NCBI RefSeq assembly: GCF_006345805.1
Contig: NC_043012.1
Coordinates: 11,532,001-11,596,000 of the forward strand
Direction of reading: 5' to 3'
Length of the DNA: 64,000 nucleotides
Source of the DNA: Octopus sinensis
Lineage: Eukaryota
Shown here: in pieces, positions 38,182 through 51,652 of the stretch
Position numbering within the stretch: the first letter of the stretch is position 1
Layout: the number at the start of each line of letters is the position of its first letter
Program-made: the position numbers and the translations under genes
Notes under the pieces: model-generated
The model's database searches: none
Seen by the model: only the letters and a program-made list of their open reading frames with translations
What the model was told of the DNA's origin: nothing

Positions 38182-38836
38182 TATTTAAGAAAACAAAAAT
38201 ACTCTTTTCATTTTACTTGAACTTTACTTTTGGATCTAGATCTTTGGTGCTATAAAAAAGCCCGCGATGACTCGTCTATCAGATATATGAAGCAGTTAAA
38301 AAAAATACTGGGAGGAAGCTCACCCCGACTGAAACAACTTTACGGCAACATATCGTTGACAAAAAGCATATTTTTTTGGAAATACAGAACAGCTTGCTTC
38401 CGAGATGCTGACTGCTCAGAACACTAAAAATTGGTCAAAATCTACCAAAAAGACAGATAGAAAATAATGTAGTCAAACCACCACCGGCATCGCGAATTTC
38501 AAGTGTACCTTCACACGTAACTGATTCGACAAAGATAACTATGGACTGACACATGTTCAAACCAAAATTTGTAGAAAACGTTTTTACTTTTTCGAAAGTA
38601 TCGTTGAGCAACGGCTATCCTCAGCAAGATTAAGAGCAAATCTAACTGTGCTGATATTGAAGGCTATTGACAATGTCGCTGGGGGAGGAGCATATGAGAT
38701 CATGTGATATCAATTAGTGGAATATTTAATACCTTTATATACGCAACTGGTATCACTCTTAAGGAACACCTTAAGAAACACACACATGCACTCACACACA
38801 CGCACACACACACACATATATGTATGTATGTATGTA

Positions 38837-38874
<38 letters not shown>

Positions 38875-39173
38875 GTATATGTATGAGTATGTATGTATGT
38901 ATGTATGTATGTATGTATGTATGTATGTATGTATGTATATTTATATATATATTATATATATATATATATAACTTAGAATAACTTAGAAAGGTTTTGGCCA
39001 GTATTGGCCCAGGCCATGTCTAACTTGATAGCACCACCTGGCGAAGTCTTTCAGTTCAGGATTTGGGCACCAAGGCCCATTCGAGCAGAGAGTTATTGTT
39101 TGCGGAGACATATCGGGGTGGGTGGTGTGGTTTGTTCCGGTATATGTTGAAGGAATTATATATATATATATAT

Positions 39174-39214
<41 letters not shown>

Positions 39215-39365
39215 AATTAAGGACTGAACACGAAAAGTGGTCAGTCAACATGCTAGATATAGACGTCAAATCGCCATTCACCACAAAAGATTATGTTCTC
39301 AGATCAAACTCAACACAAAACCATAGCAATAAACAAGTGAAAAATATACGAAATAAAATAATTAC

Positions 39366-39430
39366 CCATGTACTAAATTAGTTTCAGCTGTTATTTTCCG
39401 CAAGGAAAACTGCAGCCATCATCAGCATGG
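39366..39430 (-). ncRNA. Type I hammerhead ribozyme (inverted copy)
   Basis: Reverse complement of the 40521-40585 motif. Confidence 0.85.
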
Positions 39431-40016
39431 TCCGTTATAAATGTAATTTGATGGACTAGATGCAAACACGATACCGAAATATCGCGTGCATGGAGTTCAG
39501 CCTATTACATTAGAATATATCTTTCAAATGCCTCTACTTTGGCGCGTTGGAACCCGAGAAAACTAGACTGCAGCTAATAACTAGCAGCAGTTAATTTATC
39601 GGTTAGAGAACATATTTATTTATATAAAATTAATTAAGGGTAGAAATTGATATTTATCAATTAAGATATATTTATCAATATATCTAGCATGTTGACTGTC
39701 CACTTTTCGTGTTCAGTCCTTAATTGGTATATATAAATATTTTAATCTTCGGATTCTTTTTTAATATGCTAGACCACTGGTCTTAATTGATAAATATCAA
39801 TTTCTACCCTTAATTAATTTTATATAAATAAATATGTTCTCTAACCGATAAATTAACTGCTGCTAGTTATTAGCTGCAGGCTAGTTTTCTCGGGTTCCAA
39901 CGCGCCAAAGTAGAGGCATTTGAAAGATATATTCTAATGTAATAGGCTGAACTCCATGCACGCGATATTTCGGTATCGTGTTTGCATCTAGTCCATCAAA
40001 TTACATTTATAACGGA

Positions 40017-40080
40017 CCATGCTGATGATGGCTGCAGTTTTCCTTGCGGAAAATAACAGCTGAAACTAATTAGTACATGG
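40017..40080 (+). ncRNA. Type I hammerhead ribozyme
   Basis: ccatg CTGATGA t-ggctg..gttttcc-ttgc-ggaaaat..cagct GAAA ctaattag TA catgg. Confidence 0.85.
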
Positions 40081-40520
40081 GTAATTATTTTATTTCGTAT
40101 ATTTTTCACTTGTTTATTGCTATGGTTTTGTGTGAGTTTGATCTGAGAACATAATCTTTTGTGGTGAATGGCGATTTGACGTCTATATCTAGCATGTTGA
40201 CTGTCCACTTTTCGTGTTCAGTCCTTAATTGGTATATATAAATATTTTAATCTTCGGATTCTTTTTTAATATGCTAGACCACTGGTCTTAATTGATAATA
40301 TCAATTTCTACCCTTAATTAATTTTATATAAATAAATATGTTCTCTAACCGATAAATTAACTGCTGCTAGTTATTAGCTGCAGGCTAGTTTTCTCGGGTT
40401 CCAACGCGCCAAAGTAGAGGCATTTGAAAGATATATTCTAATGTAATAGGCTGAACTCCATGCACGCGATATTTCGGTATCGTGTTTGCATCTAGTCCAT
40501 CAAATTACATTTATAACGGA

Positions 40521-40585
40521 CCATGCTGATGATGGCTGCAGTTTTCCTTGCGGAAAATAACAGCTGAAACTAATTTAGTACATGG
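40521..40585 (+). ncRNA. Type I hammerhead ribozyme (next tandem unit)
   Basis: Same fold with helix III ctaa-t-ttag; GUA triplet ending at 40580. Confidence 0.85.
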
Positions 40586-40823
40586 GTAATTATTTTATTT
40601 CGTATATTTTTCACTTGTTTATTGCTATGGTTTTGTGTTGAGTTTGATCTGAGAACATAATCTTTTGTGGTGAATGGTGATTTGACGTCTATATCTAGCA
40701 TGTTGACTGTCCACTTTTCGTGTTCAGTCCTTAATTGGTATATATAAATATTTTAATCTTCGGATTCTTTTTTAATATGCTAGACCACTGGTCTTAATTG
40801 ATAAATATCAATTTCTACCCTTA

Positions 40824-40865
<42 letters not shown>

Positions 40866-40870
40866 TATAT

Positions 40871-41068
40871 CTTTTTTATTATCTCTGTTTCTTTCTTCGT
40901 GTTACTTTCTGTTGAAGAGCGTAGTCCGAAACGTAAAATACTTTCTCACCTTCCTGAGTGTCAAACTAATACACTTGCTTGTTGTTTATACACCTATCTT
41001 CGTCTTTCTTTTTTCTGTAAATTTCAACTATTATATATATCTATATCTATATATATATATAGATATAT

Positions 41069-41100
<32 letters not shown>

Positions 41101-41280
41101 CATATATATATCTTTTTTATTATCTCTGTTTCTTTCTTCGTGTTACTTTCTGTTGAAGAGCGTAGTCCCGAAACGTAAAATACTTTCTCACCTTCCTGAG
41201 TGTCAAACTAATACACTTGCTTGTTGTTTATACACCTATCTTCGTCTTTCTTTTTTCTGTAAATTTCAACTATTATATAT
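40871..41280 (+). repeat. 241-bp tandem duplication of a repeat tail with an HHR-like CTGTTGA..GAAACGTA motif
   Basis: Copies start at 40871 and 41112; a related diverged copy lies at ~54520-54660. Confidence 0.7.
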
Positions 41281-41289
41281 ATCTATATC

Positions 41290-41372
<83 letters not shown>

Positions 41373-41399
41373 GGAAGGAACCTAGATAGAAAATACACC

Positions 41400-42090
41400 T
41401 TGAAATATCAACAGTCTACGCCGACATATTGCATGGTTAACCACGATAATAATATTCAAAGGGAATCAATGACACCTGTCACCAATTACAACTTATGATG
41501 TGACTCTCCACACCAAAATCATGAGGGATGTCTAGAAACTGAAAAGTTCAAACTCAATACTCTTAGCGAAAAACTTCACTATCATAAGAAAACGTTTTAG
41601 CTTCTAGTCCATCAGTATTTTACCGGGAGATAACGAAGGAAAACATTATCGTTAAGGAAGCCCCTTCTGGACAAGTTCTAAGATGAAAAGAGAGATTTCA
41701 ACCTTAATGTACCGTGGCTGATGTTAACGTGTTTAACTGACATATTAAATCAGACTACATTCGTTTACGCAATCTATGTGGGCGTGAGGTGAAACCAACG
41801 ACTTCATAGGTTGGTTACAAGTGAAAAGCAACTAGAATTGAGATACCTGTACAACACCGTGTGCATAGATAGACAGGCATTTGCTCGAGGAATTGATATA
41901 AAATTCAGGTTAGAAGAATGCGCTGAGGCAACCTTGAGGGCAGGAAGATTAATTAAAACCGTAAATACATTGTTAGATAAAGAAACAGAGATGAGAGAAG
42001 TATACTAAACACAAACATGCAATTACATTGGAATTATGAATAACACAAAGTAAAAATCAAATGTCAAAACCAAATATAAAAAAGGGAATA
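41400..42090 (+). pseudogene. Highly degenerate R4/Dong-type RT fragment
   Basis: IKFRLEECAEATLRAGRLIK aligns by eye to MQFGLDKCAKATFIKGKM of the element at 42905. Confidence 0.6.
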
Positions 42091-42717
42091 TCATAGCTTA
42101 CTAAATTAATACTATAAACAGCAAAATGTAAAAAATCTAAAACGGAATTGCTTGACAATATTTAAGCTGTTCCTGTTATAGTTATAATACTTTCAAGTGG
42201 AATGTAATTAAATAAAACCGGAAACCATACGTGCAAAAATTGCATTTTGAGTAAAACACCTATAGTTTATGTTAAGGTATGTTTAAACACCGCCATGCTC
42301 GAATGTCTGTGATACGGTGATTATAGCCGGTTATATCAACACTGAGGCATAATAAACTTAGATAAACTTAGATATGTTTCGACCAAAGATTGGTCCAGGC
42401 CATGTCTAACTTAATAGCACCACTTGTACTCTGGGGGTAATATTTTATCATCCTCTTCTTGTCGAACTACAAAATTAATGAGTATAAAAGGACACAGTGT
42501 TATAGTAATATATGTTTTTAAATCTAATGTATGCATACGAATTGTCATGCTGCTTTCCTACTTCAGTCATTTGAATATTCGGCAACGTGAAACTCAGAAT
42601 TACGGTTCCTGGAGCTTCACGTTTTACTAAAATATTATACACACTATATAGTGTGTACAAAATGCAAACATTCACCAATCTATACACACACATACGAACA
42701 TACACATACACATATGC

Positions 42718-42750
<33 letters not shown>

Positions 42751-42857
42751 GTGTGTGTGTGTGTGTGTGTAACCTTGTCCACCAAACAACCACAGCCACC
42801 AGGCAAACGAAAACTGCCTTGCCTGCCCAAATAATAATAATAATAATAATAATAATG

Positions 42858-42903
<46 letters not shown>

Positions 42904-42904
42904 T

Positions 42905-45469
42905 AATAATCCCCCTGGATTGACAGAATATCTACAGAACTGGACCCCTTAGAAGAGCAAAAGTGGGAGGGTGTCAAGGTAGAATATATAAGATCTGCTC
43001 TCAGGAGGTCAAGCAAATGGAAGTCTCCAGGAAAGGATAAAATTCCTAACTTCTGGCTGAATGCCTTCCCAGAGAGCCATGAACTGCTAACAGAACTGTA
43101 CAATGATGTTTTGCAACACCCTAGTAGGATGCCTCCTTGGCTAGTTAATGGGTTAACATTCCTGCTTCCAAAAAGTGAAGAAACAAATGAACCAAAAACT
43201 ATAGACCCATAACCTGCTTAACAGCTATGTACAAAACACTAACATCTGTCCTGACGGAATATACCTATAGTTTTTTACAGACAGCAGCATATTCCCTAAT
43301 GAACAGAAAGGATGTAAACGTGGATCCTACGGCTGTAAAGACAACTACTCATCAATAAGATGATCTTAGAAGATTGTCACAAACGGCACAAAACTTATCA
43401 ATAGCCTGGATAGACTATAAAAAGGCTTTTGATAGCCTACCACATAGCTGGATTAGGACATGCCTGGAATGTATAAGATAGCACCTACTCTGCGAAACTT
43501 CTTGACTGTAAGTATGAGATCATGGAGAACCACACTAACTCTGAACAGTGACAATGAATCCCTAAATGCTGGTGATGTAAACATTTCGTGTGGCATTTTC
43601 CAGGGTGACTCACTGTCACCACTCCTCTTTGTTTATCCTTAATACCTCTCTCAAAGCTGCTCAATGACGCGCAGTACGGGTATAAAATGTTTGATAAAAA
43701 TATAAATCATCTCATTTACATGGATGATTTAAAGCTTTTTGCAAAAAATGACCACAATTCAAGGGCTTACTAGCGATAGTCAAACAATTCAGTGACGACA
43801 TCAGAATGCAATTCGGCCTCGATAAATGTGCAAAGGCTACCTTTATCAAAGGAAAAATGACAGAAACATCTAACGTTAACCTTGACCAGCAGAATGTCAT
43901 AAAAGACTAGACCCAGCGGAGAGCTACAAGTACCTAGGGGTAATTGAAGGGAACGGAATAAGGCATTCAGAGATGAAGGAAAGGATCAGGAGAGAATGCT
44001 ATCGAAGAGTGAGAGCAATACTCAAGACAGAGCTGAATGCAAGAAACAGGATCGAAGGATCAATGCATTAGCCATACCAGTCGTGACTTACAGTTTCAAT
44101 ATCGTTAACTGGTCAATTACTGAAATATGTCAGCTCGACAGAAAAATAAGGAAACTGTTGACAATGCATAGAATGCACCACCTAAGGCAGATACAGAACG
44201 ACTCTATCTGCCAAGAAAAGAGGGAGGCCGTGGTCTTTTGCAACTGGCAATAACAATGAAGATTGCTACAATTGGCCTAGACACCTACCTGAAAAAGTCT
44301 GAGGACTGGATGTTAAAACTTGTCTCAAAACATGAACAAGAAAGCATCATAATACTCAGTCACAAAACAGGCAAAGGAATATCTAAGTGAATTCCGAATA
44401 CAACCAATTTCGGAATTAGAGATAGATATACAAGAAACAAGCACAGAAAAAGCTAGGCGCATGAAAACCCGTGCCAAAACTGCGGCTTAGATATTCTGAA
44501 TAATAAATGGCAAGAAAAACCTCTCTATGGCAAATACCCAAAGAGAGCGAATAATGCAGATATCGACAAAGCCCTGACCCATCAATGGCTAATGGCCTCT
44601 GGCTTAAAATATGAAACAGAGGGGTTTATCATAGCAGCTCAAGATAAATGCCTACCAACAAGAAACTACCAGGCCAACATATTAAAGAACGGCAGTAGCC
44701 CAACATGTCGTGTATGCCGACAACAATATGAAACCATAGACCATGTTGTCTCCAAATGCAGTCTTCTAGCGCCTACAGAGTACCTCAGTAGGCATGATAG
44801 AGCTGCACAATATATTCACTGGGTAATTTGCAAAAACCTGGATTTGCCCCATGAAAAAAACTGGTGGGAACACAATCTACCTCCTGTGCTTGAAAATGAC
44901 CACATCTCACTCCATTCAAACTGACAGGAAGATAGATGCAAATAGGCCAGACATTATATTGAAAGACTTCAGACAAAGAACATGTCTCCTCATTGATATG
45001 ACTGTCCCAATCGATATAAACGTATTTGTCAAGACCTACCAAAACTGAGCAATATAAAGATCTTGAAATAGAAATCAGCAAAATGTGGAAGCTGAAGACT
45101 AAAACAATACCTGTTGTCATAGGTGCCCTGGGAATGATAGCGAAAGGGACTGATTGCTACCTAACTCAGATATCAGGAAACCCCAAAATGGCAGAAATTC
45201 AAAAGATAGTGCTCATGGGAACTGCTCATATCCTACGCAAAATACTCTCTATGTAATCCCAAGGTTTAAAACAAACTTTTTTTATTTATTTTTATTTTTT
45301 TTATTTTTTTATTTTTTATTTATTCATTTTTTATTTTTATGTATTAGACATTCACTAGTACAACACCCCCCCCCCAAATATATGGCACAGAACTTCCAAC
45401 CTGTTGTCTCTTGAGGTCTCTGGGTGAGACTTGGAGCCAACTTGTACAGACATAAAGCAAAAGTCAAAC

Positions 45470-45470
<1 letters not shown>
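42905..45470 (+). mobile_element. R4/Dong-clade non-LTR retrotransposon (RT, CCHC knuckle, restriction-like endonuclease), frameshifted, inserted in (TAA)n
   Basis: WKSPGKD, YRPITCL, IDYKKAFDS, GIFQGDSLSPLLF, YMDDLKL; CRVC..ETIDHVVSKC; NRPDII..LIDMTVP..KYKDL; (TAA)n on both flanks. Confidence 0.9.
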
Positions 45471-45523
<53 letters not shown>

Positions 45524-45559
45524 TGATGATGATGATGATGATAATAATGATAACAATAA

Positions 45560-46281
45560 TAGTCTGAGAATGGTTTGGAGGCTGTGATAGAACATGAGAA
45601 CTAGAAGGTCTTGTGGAACTTCGTTATAAAGACTGACTAAACTTTTGAGGCAAGACATGATTATAAAGGACAAAATAAACAAATATTGATAACCAAACAG
45701 ATTTTAAAATTCCCTATGATAGGGGATTCGATACAAAAATAAATCGAAAAAGCAAACAAAAAAAAAAACGGGAGGTATCAGGATCTGATCAGAGAGCTGG
45801 GGAGACTGGATGACTACGGCAACAATTATTTCTGTAGTAAATGGTGCACTTGGCACAACCCCCAAATGCTACCTAAAAGACTGAAAGAAATTGAAGCTTG
45901 CATTATCGACCAGCAGAAAACTACCAACCTATATTCCGCAAGAACCCTAAGAGAGATTCGGGAGATTTGAGGTGAATTCTTGTCACCAATCTTCAAAATG
46001 AAATGTTTGCTGACTAAATTAGCATGCACTAGAGTAATAATGATAATAATAATTTCTACTATAGGCACAACGCCTGAAATTTTGGAGTGGGGGCTAGTAA
46101 ATTATATCGACCCCAGTACATAAATGGCACTTAATTTATCAACCCGAACGGCAAAGTCGACCTCGGCAGAATTTGAACTAAGAACGTAAAGACGGACGAA
46201 ATGCCACTAAGCATCCTGTCTGACGTGCAAACGATTCTGCCAGCTCGCCGTTATGATAACAACAACAACAACAACAACAAC

Positions 46282-46342
<61 letters not shown>

Positions 46343-46800
46343 GACAGTATTATTACTTAGATACTCAGCAGCTTTTGTAGACTGGACAAAATCTGATTTA
46401 GCAAAACTAGACAGAAGAAGTAGGAAAGAATTCAATATGGATAGAGCGCTCCACACAAGGGCAGGAGTAACAAGATTATACTTACCTAGAAAGGAGGGTG
46501 GAAAAAGGGTAATATCAGGAGAAGACCGCGTGGATTTTGCTAGAGTAGATAATAATAGTAATAAGATATAGCCGCCTATGTGGGTAATAGTGAAGAAAAT
46601 TTATAATGAGCTGCTAGAGTCGCAGCAAGACACAAGGAAACCAAAAAGCCAAATGAAGTTAAGAACCAGAAAAGAGGACAAAACTTTTCTTACTGACAAG
46701 AGAAGCTTTGCATGGTAGATTAACAAAGACAGCTGCAGTGAATAGTAGTGGTGAGACATGATTATGGTTGCAGAAATAAAGGCTCAAAAGAGAGACACAA
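45560..46800 (+). pseudogene. Additional Dong-like relics (RLE region and RT thumb) separated by a SINE and (TAA)n
   Basis: LRYSAAFVDWTKSDLAKLDRRSRK..RLYLPRKEGGKG at ~46350-46510. Confidence 0.65.
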
Positions 46801-47159
46801 AGTTTGTTAGTCGACTAAAAGAAGAATATCGTTTGTGGCCGGGTAACGCCAACTCGGACCCCGCCGTGATTTTAAACGAAGCATGGGTTATGGCGGAGTA
46901 CACGGACACAAGCGATTATGAGGTGGAAAATTGACAAGAGGTTGAAAAACCTCAGTGTTATAATGCACGTGGATTGGAAGTGTTGATTGTATATTGAATA
47001 TTTCATTGCATATTATTGCATGCCATTGACTTTGTAAGAACTGTAGTAAGATGTTCAATACCTCGTTGAGGTGAAAAATTGACAAGAGCCTCAGTGTTAT
47101 AAAGTGTAAGAGGCTCAGCGCCTCATTTGTAAATGGACTAGTGTTGATTTTATATTGAA

Positions 47160-47684
47160 CTAGCAGTATTGCCCGGCGTTGCTCGGGTTTGTAAGGGAAA
47201 TAACTATATAAGCATTTTTAGAGAGTTATAGCAAAAAAATATGCATTAAAAATGGAATAAAAAATAATAATTTTTTTAAAAATCGTTGACTCAGGTCTTC
47301 AAGCATGAAGTTGTTGTTCTAAAGAACGCTGGTTTCCTTAACAACGCATTACGACTTGATTTCTTTACACTCCCTTCCCCACAGCTTCACGGGAGGGAAG
47401 GGGGAGAAGCAAACAGGTGCAGCTGTGAGCGTGGACGCCAACTCCGCCGCCATCGACATACGATGCATTTTATGCATTAAAAATGGAATATAAAAATGAT
47501 GTTAAATTATTTTTAAAATCGTAGACTCATCGTTGACGCGCGCTAATAGTCAGACGGGCTCGATATGAATCACGACTATAAGATACCCTAATTTGGTTAA
47601 ACTGCACCGCAAAATGTTGGAGGAGTTAGGAATCTAAATCGAAGGGGACAGACACTCACACAACTAGAGTTTTATATATATAGA
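47160..47684 (-). mobile_element. Non-autonomous Helitron
   Basis: On the minus strand: 5' TC, 3' hairpin cccg..c(c)ggg then CTAG, inserted between A and T. Confidence 0.8.
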
Positions 47685-47939
47685 TATATTTTGCATGATA
47701 ATATTTGTAATGGACTATTAAGTGCAAAAACTGTAAAAACTGTTGTGAGAGGTTCAATACCTCGCTTTGTTTATTCTGTTAAAAAAAGAAAAGAACAATG
47801 TTTTAGAGAAGAAGAAAATCGGGGGGCGTTTCTGCCTTCTCGCATCAATATCGTCCTTATATCATCATTCACCTCGTTAATGTATATTTCCAGCCCGCAG
47901 CTACTCTTTGTAATGCCTTTATGGCAAATTTTTATGAAA

Positions 47940-48340
47940 TAAAGTAGCCTGCTTACGAACCAGATGGTTCCAGGTTCAGTACCACTGCGTGGCACCTTGG
48001 GCAAGTGTCTTCTACTATAGCCTCGGGCCGACCAAAGCCTTGTGAGTGGATTTGGTAGACGGAAACTGAAAGAAGCCCGTCACATATATGTATATATATA
48101 TATATTATATATATATATATATATATGTTTGTGTGTCTGGGTTTGTCCCGTCACCCCCCATATCGCTTGACAACTGATGCTGATGTGTTTACGTCCCCGT
48201 AACTTAGAGGTTTGGGCAAAAGAGACCGATAGAATAAGTACTAGGTTTACAAAGAATAAGTCCTGGGGTCGATTTGCTCGACTTAAGGTGGTGCTCCAGC
48301 ATGGCCACAGTCAAATGACTGAAACAAGTAAAAGAGTATA
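47940..48340 (+). mobile_element. SINE family A
   Basis: Matches 4281-4668. Confidence 0.85.
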
Positions 48341-48553
48341 CATATACATATATATATATATACTTACATATATATAATACATGTACACACATACACACAC
48401 ATATATATACAGATGCGTGTGTGTGTGTATACATATGAGTGTATACATGAATGTATGTATATATTATGGCAGCTACTACTGATATGAAAATGAATGAGTA
48501 CCAAACAGTCTCAGGATATTGTTATATCCTTTACTCTGTGCTATCAACTGGCA

Positions 48554-48620
<67 letters not shown>

Positions 48621-48663
48621 ATATATATATATATTATATATATAATATATATATTAATATATA

Positions 48664-48694
<31 letters not shown>

Positions 48695-49329
48695 GAAGGA
48701 TAGCTATAGATATGTATACACACACATGCTCACATATGTATGTACATAATACACATACATATACGCACATGAACACATATACCTGTGTTCATGTGCGTGT
48801 GTGTACGGTGCTGAAATCTAACAGCCATCCTCTTACATAAGCTTATAAAATGTTAATTTACTTTCAACAAAAACAAATAAGTATAAATCAAAATGTCCTC
48901 ATCTTCACCTTAATCTCCGTGGTCGTGTTTTTTGTCATTGTTAGCTTTAGTAGCATTAACGAACATTGATGAATAATTATTTAAAAAAAAAAAATAGAAA
49001 AGGATAAAAAAAAAAAAACGAAAATGAAATAAATGAAAGATGAAAGGAAAATAACGACGGTCTGAATGAATGAATGAAGGAAGGAAGGAAGGGAAGAAGG
49101 AAAGGAGGAAGGAAGGAATAAAGGAGATATTGTAAAGAGGGGCTGATTTATTGAATGATTCAGTGAATGAGATGAAGATGATAAAAGGCGTAAGATGACG
49201 AAAGCAAACCCGACGTGTCTAGGTTTGTGGGTGGCCTTCGCAAAATGTACATATTGCAATAGGTTTCGGCTTTATTTCATGCTACGCACAGAGTGTCTAG
49301 ACAAGCAATAACCTGAAAATTGGGTTCAA

Positions 49330-49970
49330 TAGTAAAAAAAAACAACAATTACTGCTACAACAAAAGAAGAATCAAAACAACAGGGACAATAACAACAACA
49401 ACAACAACAACAACAAAAATAGCATGAGAAAGACAACGACGGCAGCCACTCAGAATTAGAAATATTTCATCAAAGCATCATCAGAAACATGAAAGAAAGA
49501 AAGCAACAACAACGACAACAACGACAACAATAACAAAAGCAATAACAAAAATAACTGCATAATGACAGACTTTCAAAACAACAATAACAGTAACAGCAAC
49601 AACAGCAACAACAACACAAACAACGGCAGCTTCAACGAAAATAATAAGGGTAATGATGCCGGCGAAAAACATGAAGCAACACCAAAGTAGAGATAATCGA
49701 ATAAAACAACAACAACAACAACAACAACAAAAGAACAAGAACAGAAACAACAACAACAACAACAATAGCAATAGTAGTAGCAGACCAGCATCCAACAACA
49801 GTAACAGAGACATCAGAAGCAGCGATCAACAGCAACAACGCTGGTAACAACAACGACATCAACAACAATAATAACCACAAGACCAACATCGGCAGTCACA
49901 ACAAACAGAAATTGAACAGCAACAGTAACAAGAATAACAATAAGAATATCCAATTAACAACAGCTAATTA
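49330..49970. repeat. (AAC)-rich low-complexity tract
   Basis: Direct reading. Confidence 0.85.
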
Positions 49971-50084
49971 AGGAATCAACATCTTTAACTGGAATCCTAC
50001 GTCTCGCAAGAAATAGTCGCCAAATCTCCCTCAAATTGCGTCCTACCATTTTAAAGAAAGAAAGGACATACTGTATAATGCTGA

Positions 50085-50420
50085 GACCCCCTTCGGTCAC
50101 GACTGACCCTGGGATTGCACCTAGAAAGTTACCCTCCTAGCTACAAGTCCGGGCAAGGTTGTTTATGGAAGACCAGCAGTCGCCCATGCATACCATCCTC
50201 CCCTCTCAGCACCACTGATGTTATCCAAGAAAAAGGCAAAGGGGCCGATACAGCTCGGCACCAATGACATCGCAGCTCATTTCTACAGCTGAGTGAACTG
50301 GAGCAACGTGAAATAAAGTGTCTTGCTCAAGGACACAACACGCAGCCCGGTCCGGGATTCGAACTCACAACTTCACGATCGTAAGCTCGACGCTCCAGCT
50401 ACTGAGCCATGCGCCTTCAC
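50085..50420 (-). mobile_element. SINE family C
   Basis: Reverse complement of 26655-26992. Confidence 0.9.
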
Positions 50421-51652
50421 TGGATAATGTAGTCTTTGTCATATCGTTAAAAAAGACATGATGGTCACAGATGGAATCTGTTTGGTTATAGGTTTGTGCG
50501 ATCAGGTTTGACTTTGGGTTAAACACCACCACCCCCACCACCGCCAACACCGCCGCCGCTGCCACCACCACCACCACCACGCCGCCGCCACCTCTACCAC
50601 CACCACCACCACCACCACCCCACCACCACCACCATCATCATCAACAACATCGGTTATAATGATGAATATGGCGATGAAAATCATATGATGATGGTGGTGG
50701 TGGTGGTGGAGATGATGGTGCTAATTATGGTGGTTTTGGTGGTAGTGATTATAACGATGCTGATGATGTTGGTGTTAATGATGAGGACGATGATAACAAC
50801 GATGACAATGACGAGAACCTCGGTCGACGACCATGTATAATAATACCGGTAGCAACAAGAGATAAGTTTTCATTTCATTTGATGACCGTGTTATTTCAAG
50901 GCTTGATGTCAATGTCGTGGACATGACCCTTTAACCACTGGATATCTCTACCGCCATCTCCTCTTTTATTCGCCATATCGATCATTCATGATTTAACTAT
51001 TCCATTCTGAAGCAGTTTAATTTATCTATTACTTCTATCTCAGCATCTTCTATTAAATTCTCTCTAGATCTCTCCCTTTCTATATCACTCTCTCTAAATG
51101 TTAAATTAAGATTACTATTCTAAAGCAAACGTAAGAATATAAAACAAAGCACTTATCGATAGACTGACCCAATACTGAGCATAGAACTAAATTTATTTTT
51201 TATATTAGTGAGGAGTGGGACTTTATTTCGCTTGACAATTTGTTCAACCAGCCTGTTGGGTTGAACAGGTTGCCAAGTGTTACAAATCTTTATTTCTTAT
51301 TCTGATTATGCACATATATATATATCTTTATTGCCTACAAGGGGCTAAACATAGAGGGAGCATACAAGGACAGACAAAGGGATTAAGTCGGTTACATCGA
51401 CCCCAGTGCGAAACTGGTACTTTATTTATCGACCTCGAAAGGATGAAAGGCAAAGTCGACCTAACGTTTCTGCCAGCTTGCCACATATATATGTGTGGAA
51501 AAAAATTAATGTTGCAATGGCAAGTTGTGGAACGTATGGCTTGACCAACTGGAAGTGTGTAATTGCTAACCTGCAATTCTTTTCCAAGAATTGGAGATAT
51601 TCAGTAGCATCTGAATTACCGAAGACTAAGTTCCAGGACTAGCACTGCTCAC

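Larger units (their letters stand above)
39212..40835. mobile_element. HHR-bearing Penelope-like/retrozyme-like repeat: inverted 5' copy plus ~2.3 tandem ~505-bp units, flanked by (TA)n
   Basis: gttcagtccttaattgg at 39711, 40216 and 40722; 39212-39666 is in the opposite orientation. Confidence 0.8.

Noticed and set aside
46816-46890. GGCCGG-starting GC-rich stretch resembling an HDV ribozyme
   Set aside because: I could not assign the P1/P2/P3 double pseudoknot.
48763-48798. 15-bp perfect hairpin
   Set aside because: It sits in CA/TG-rich sequence where such fold-backs arise readily.
49455-49490. Minus-strand CTGATGA..GAAA motif
   Set aside because: Helix II and helix III cannot form.
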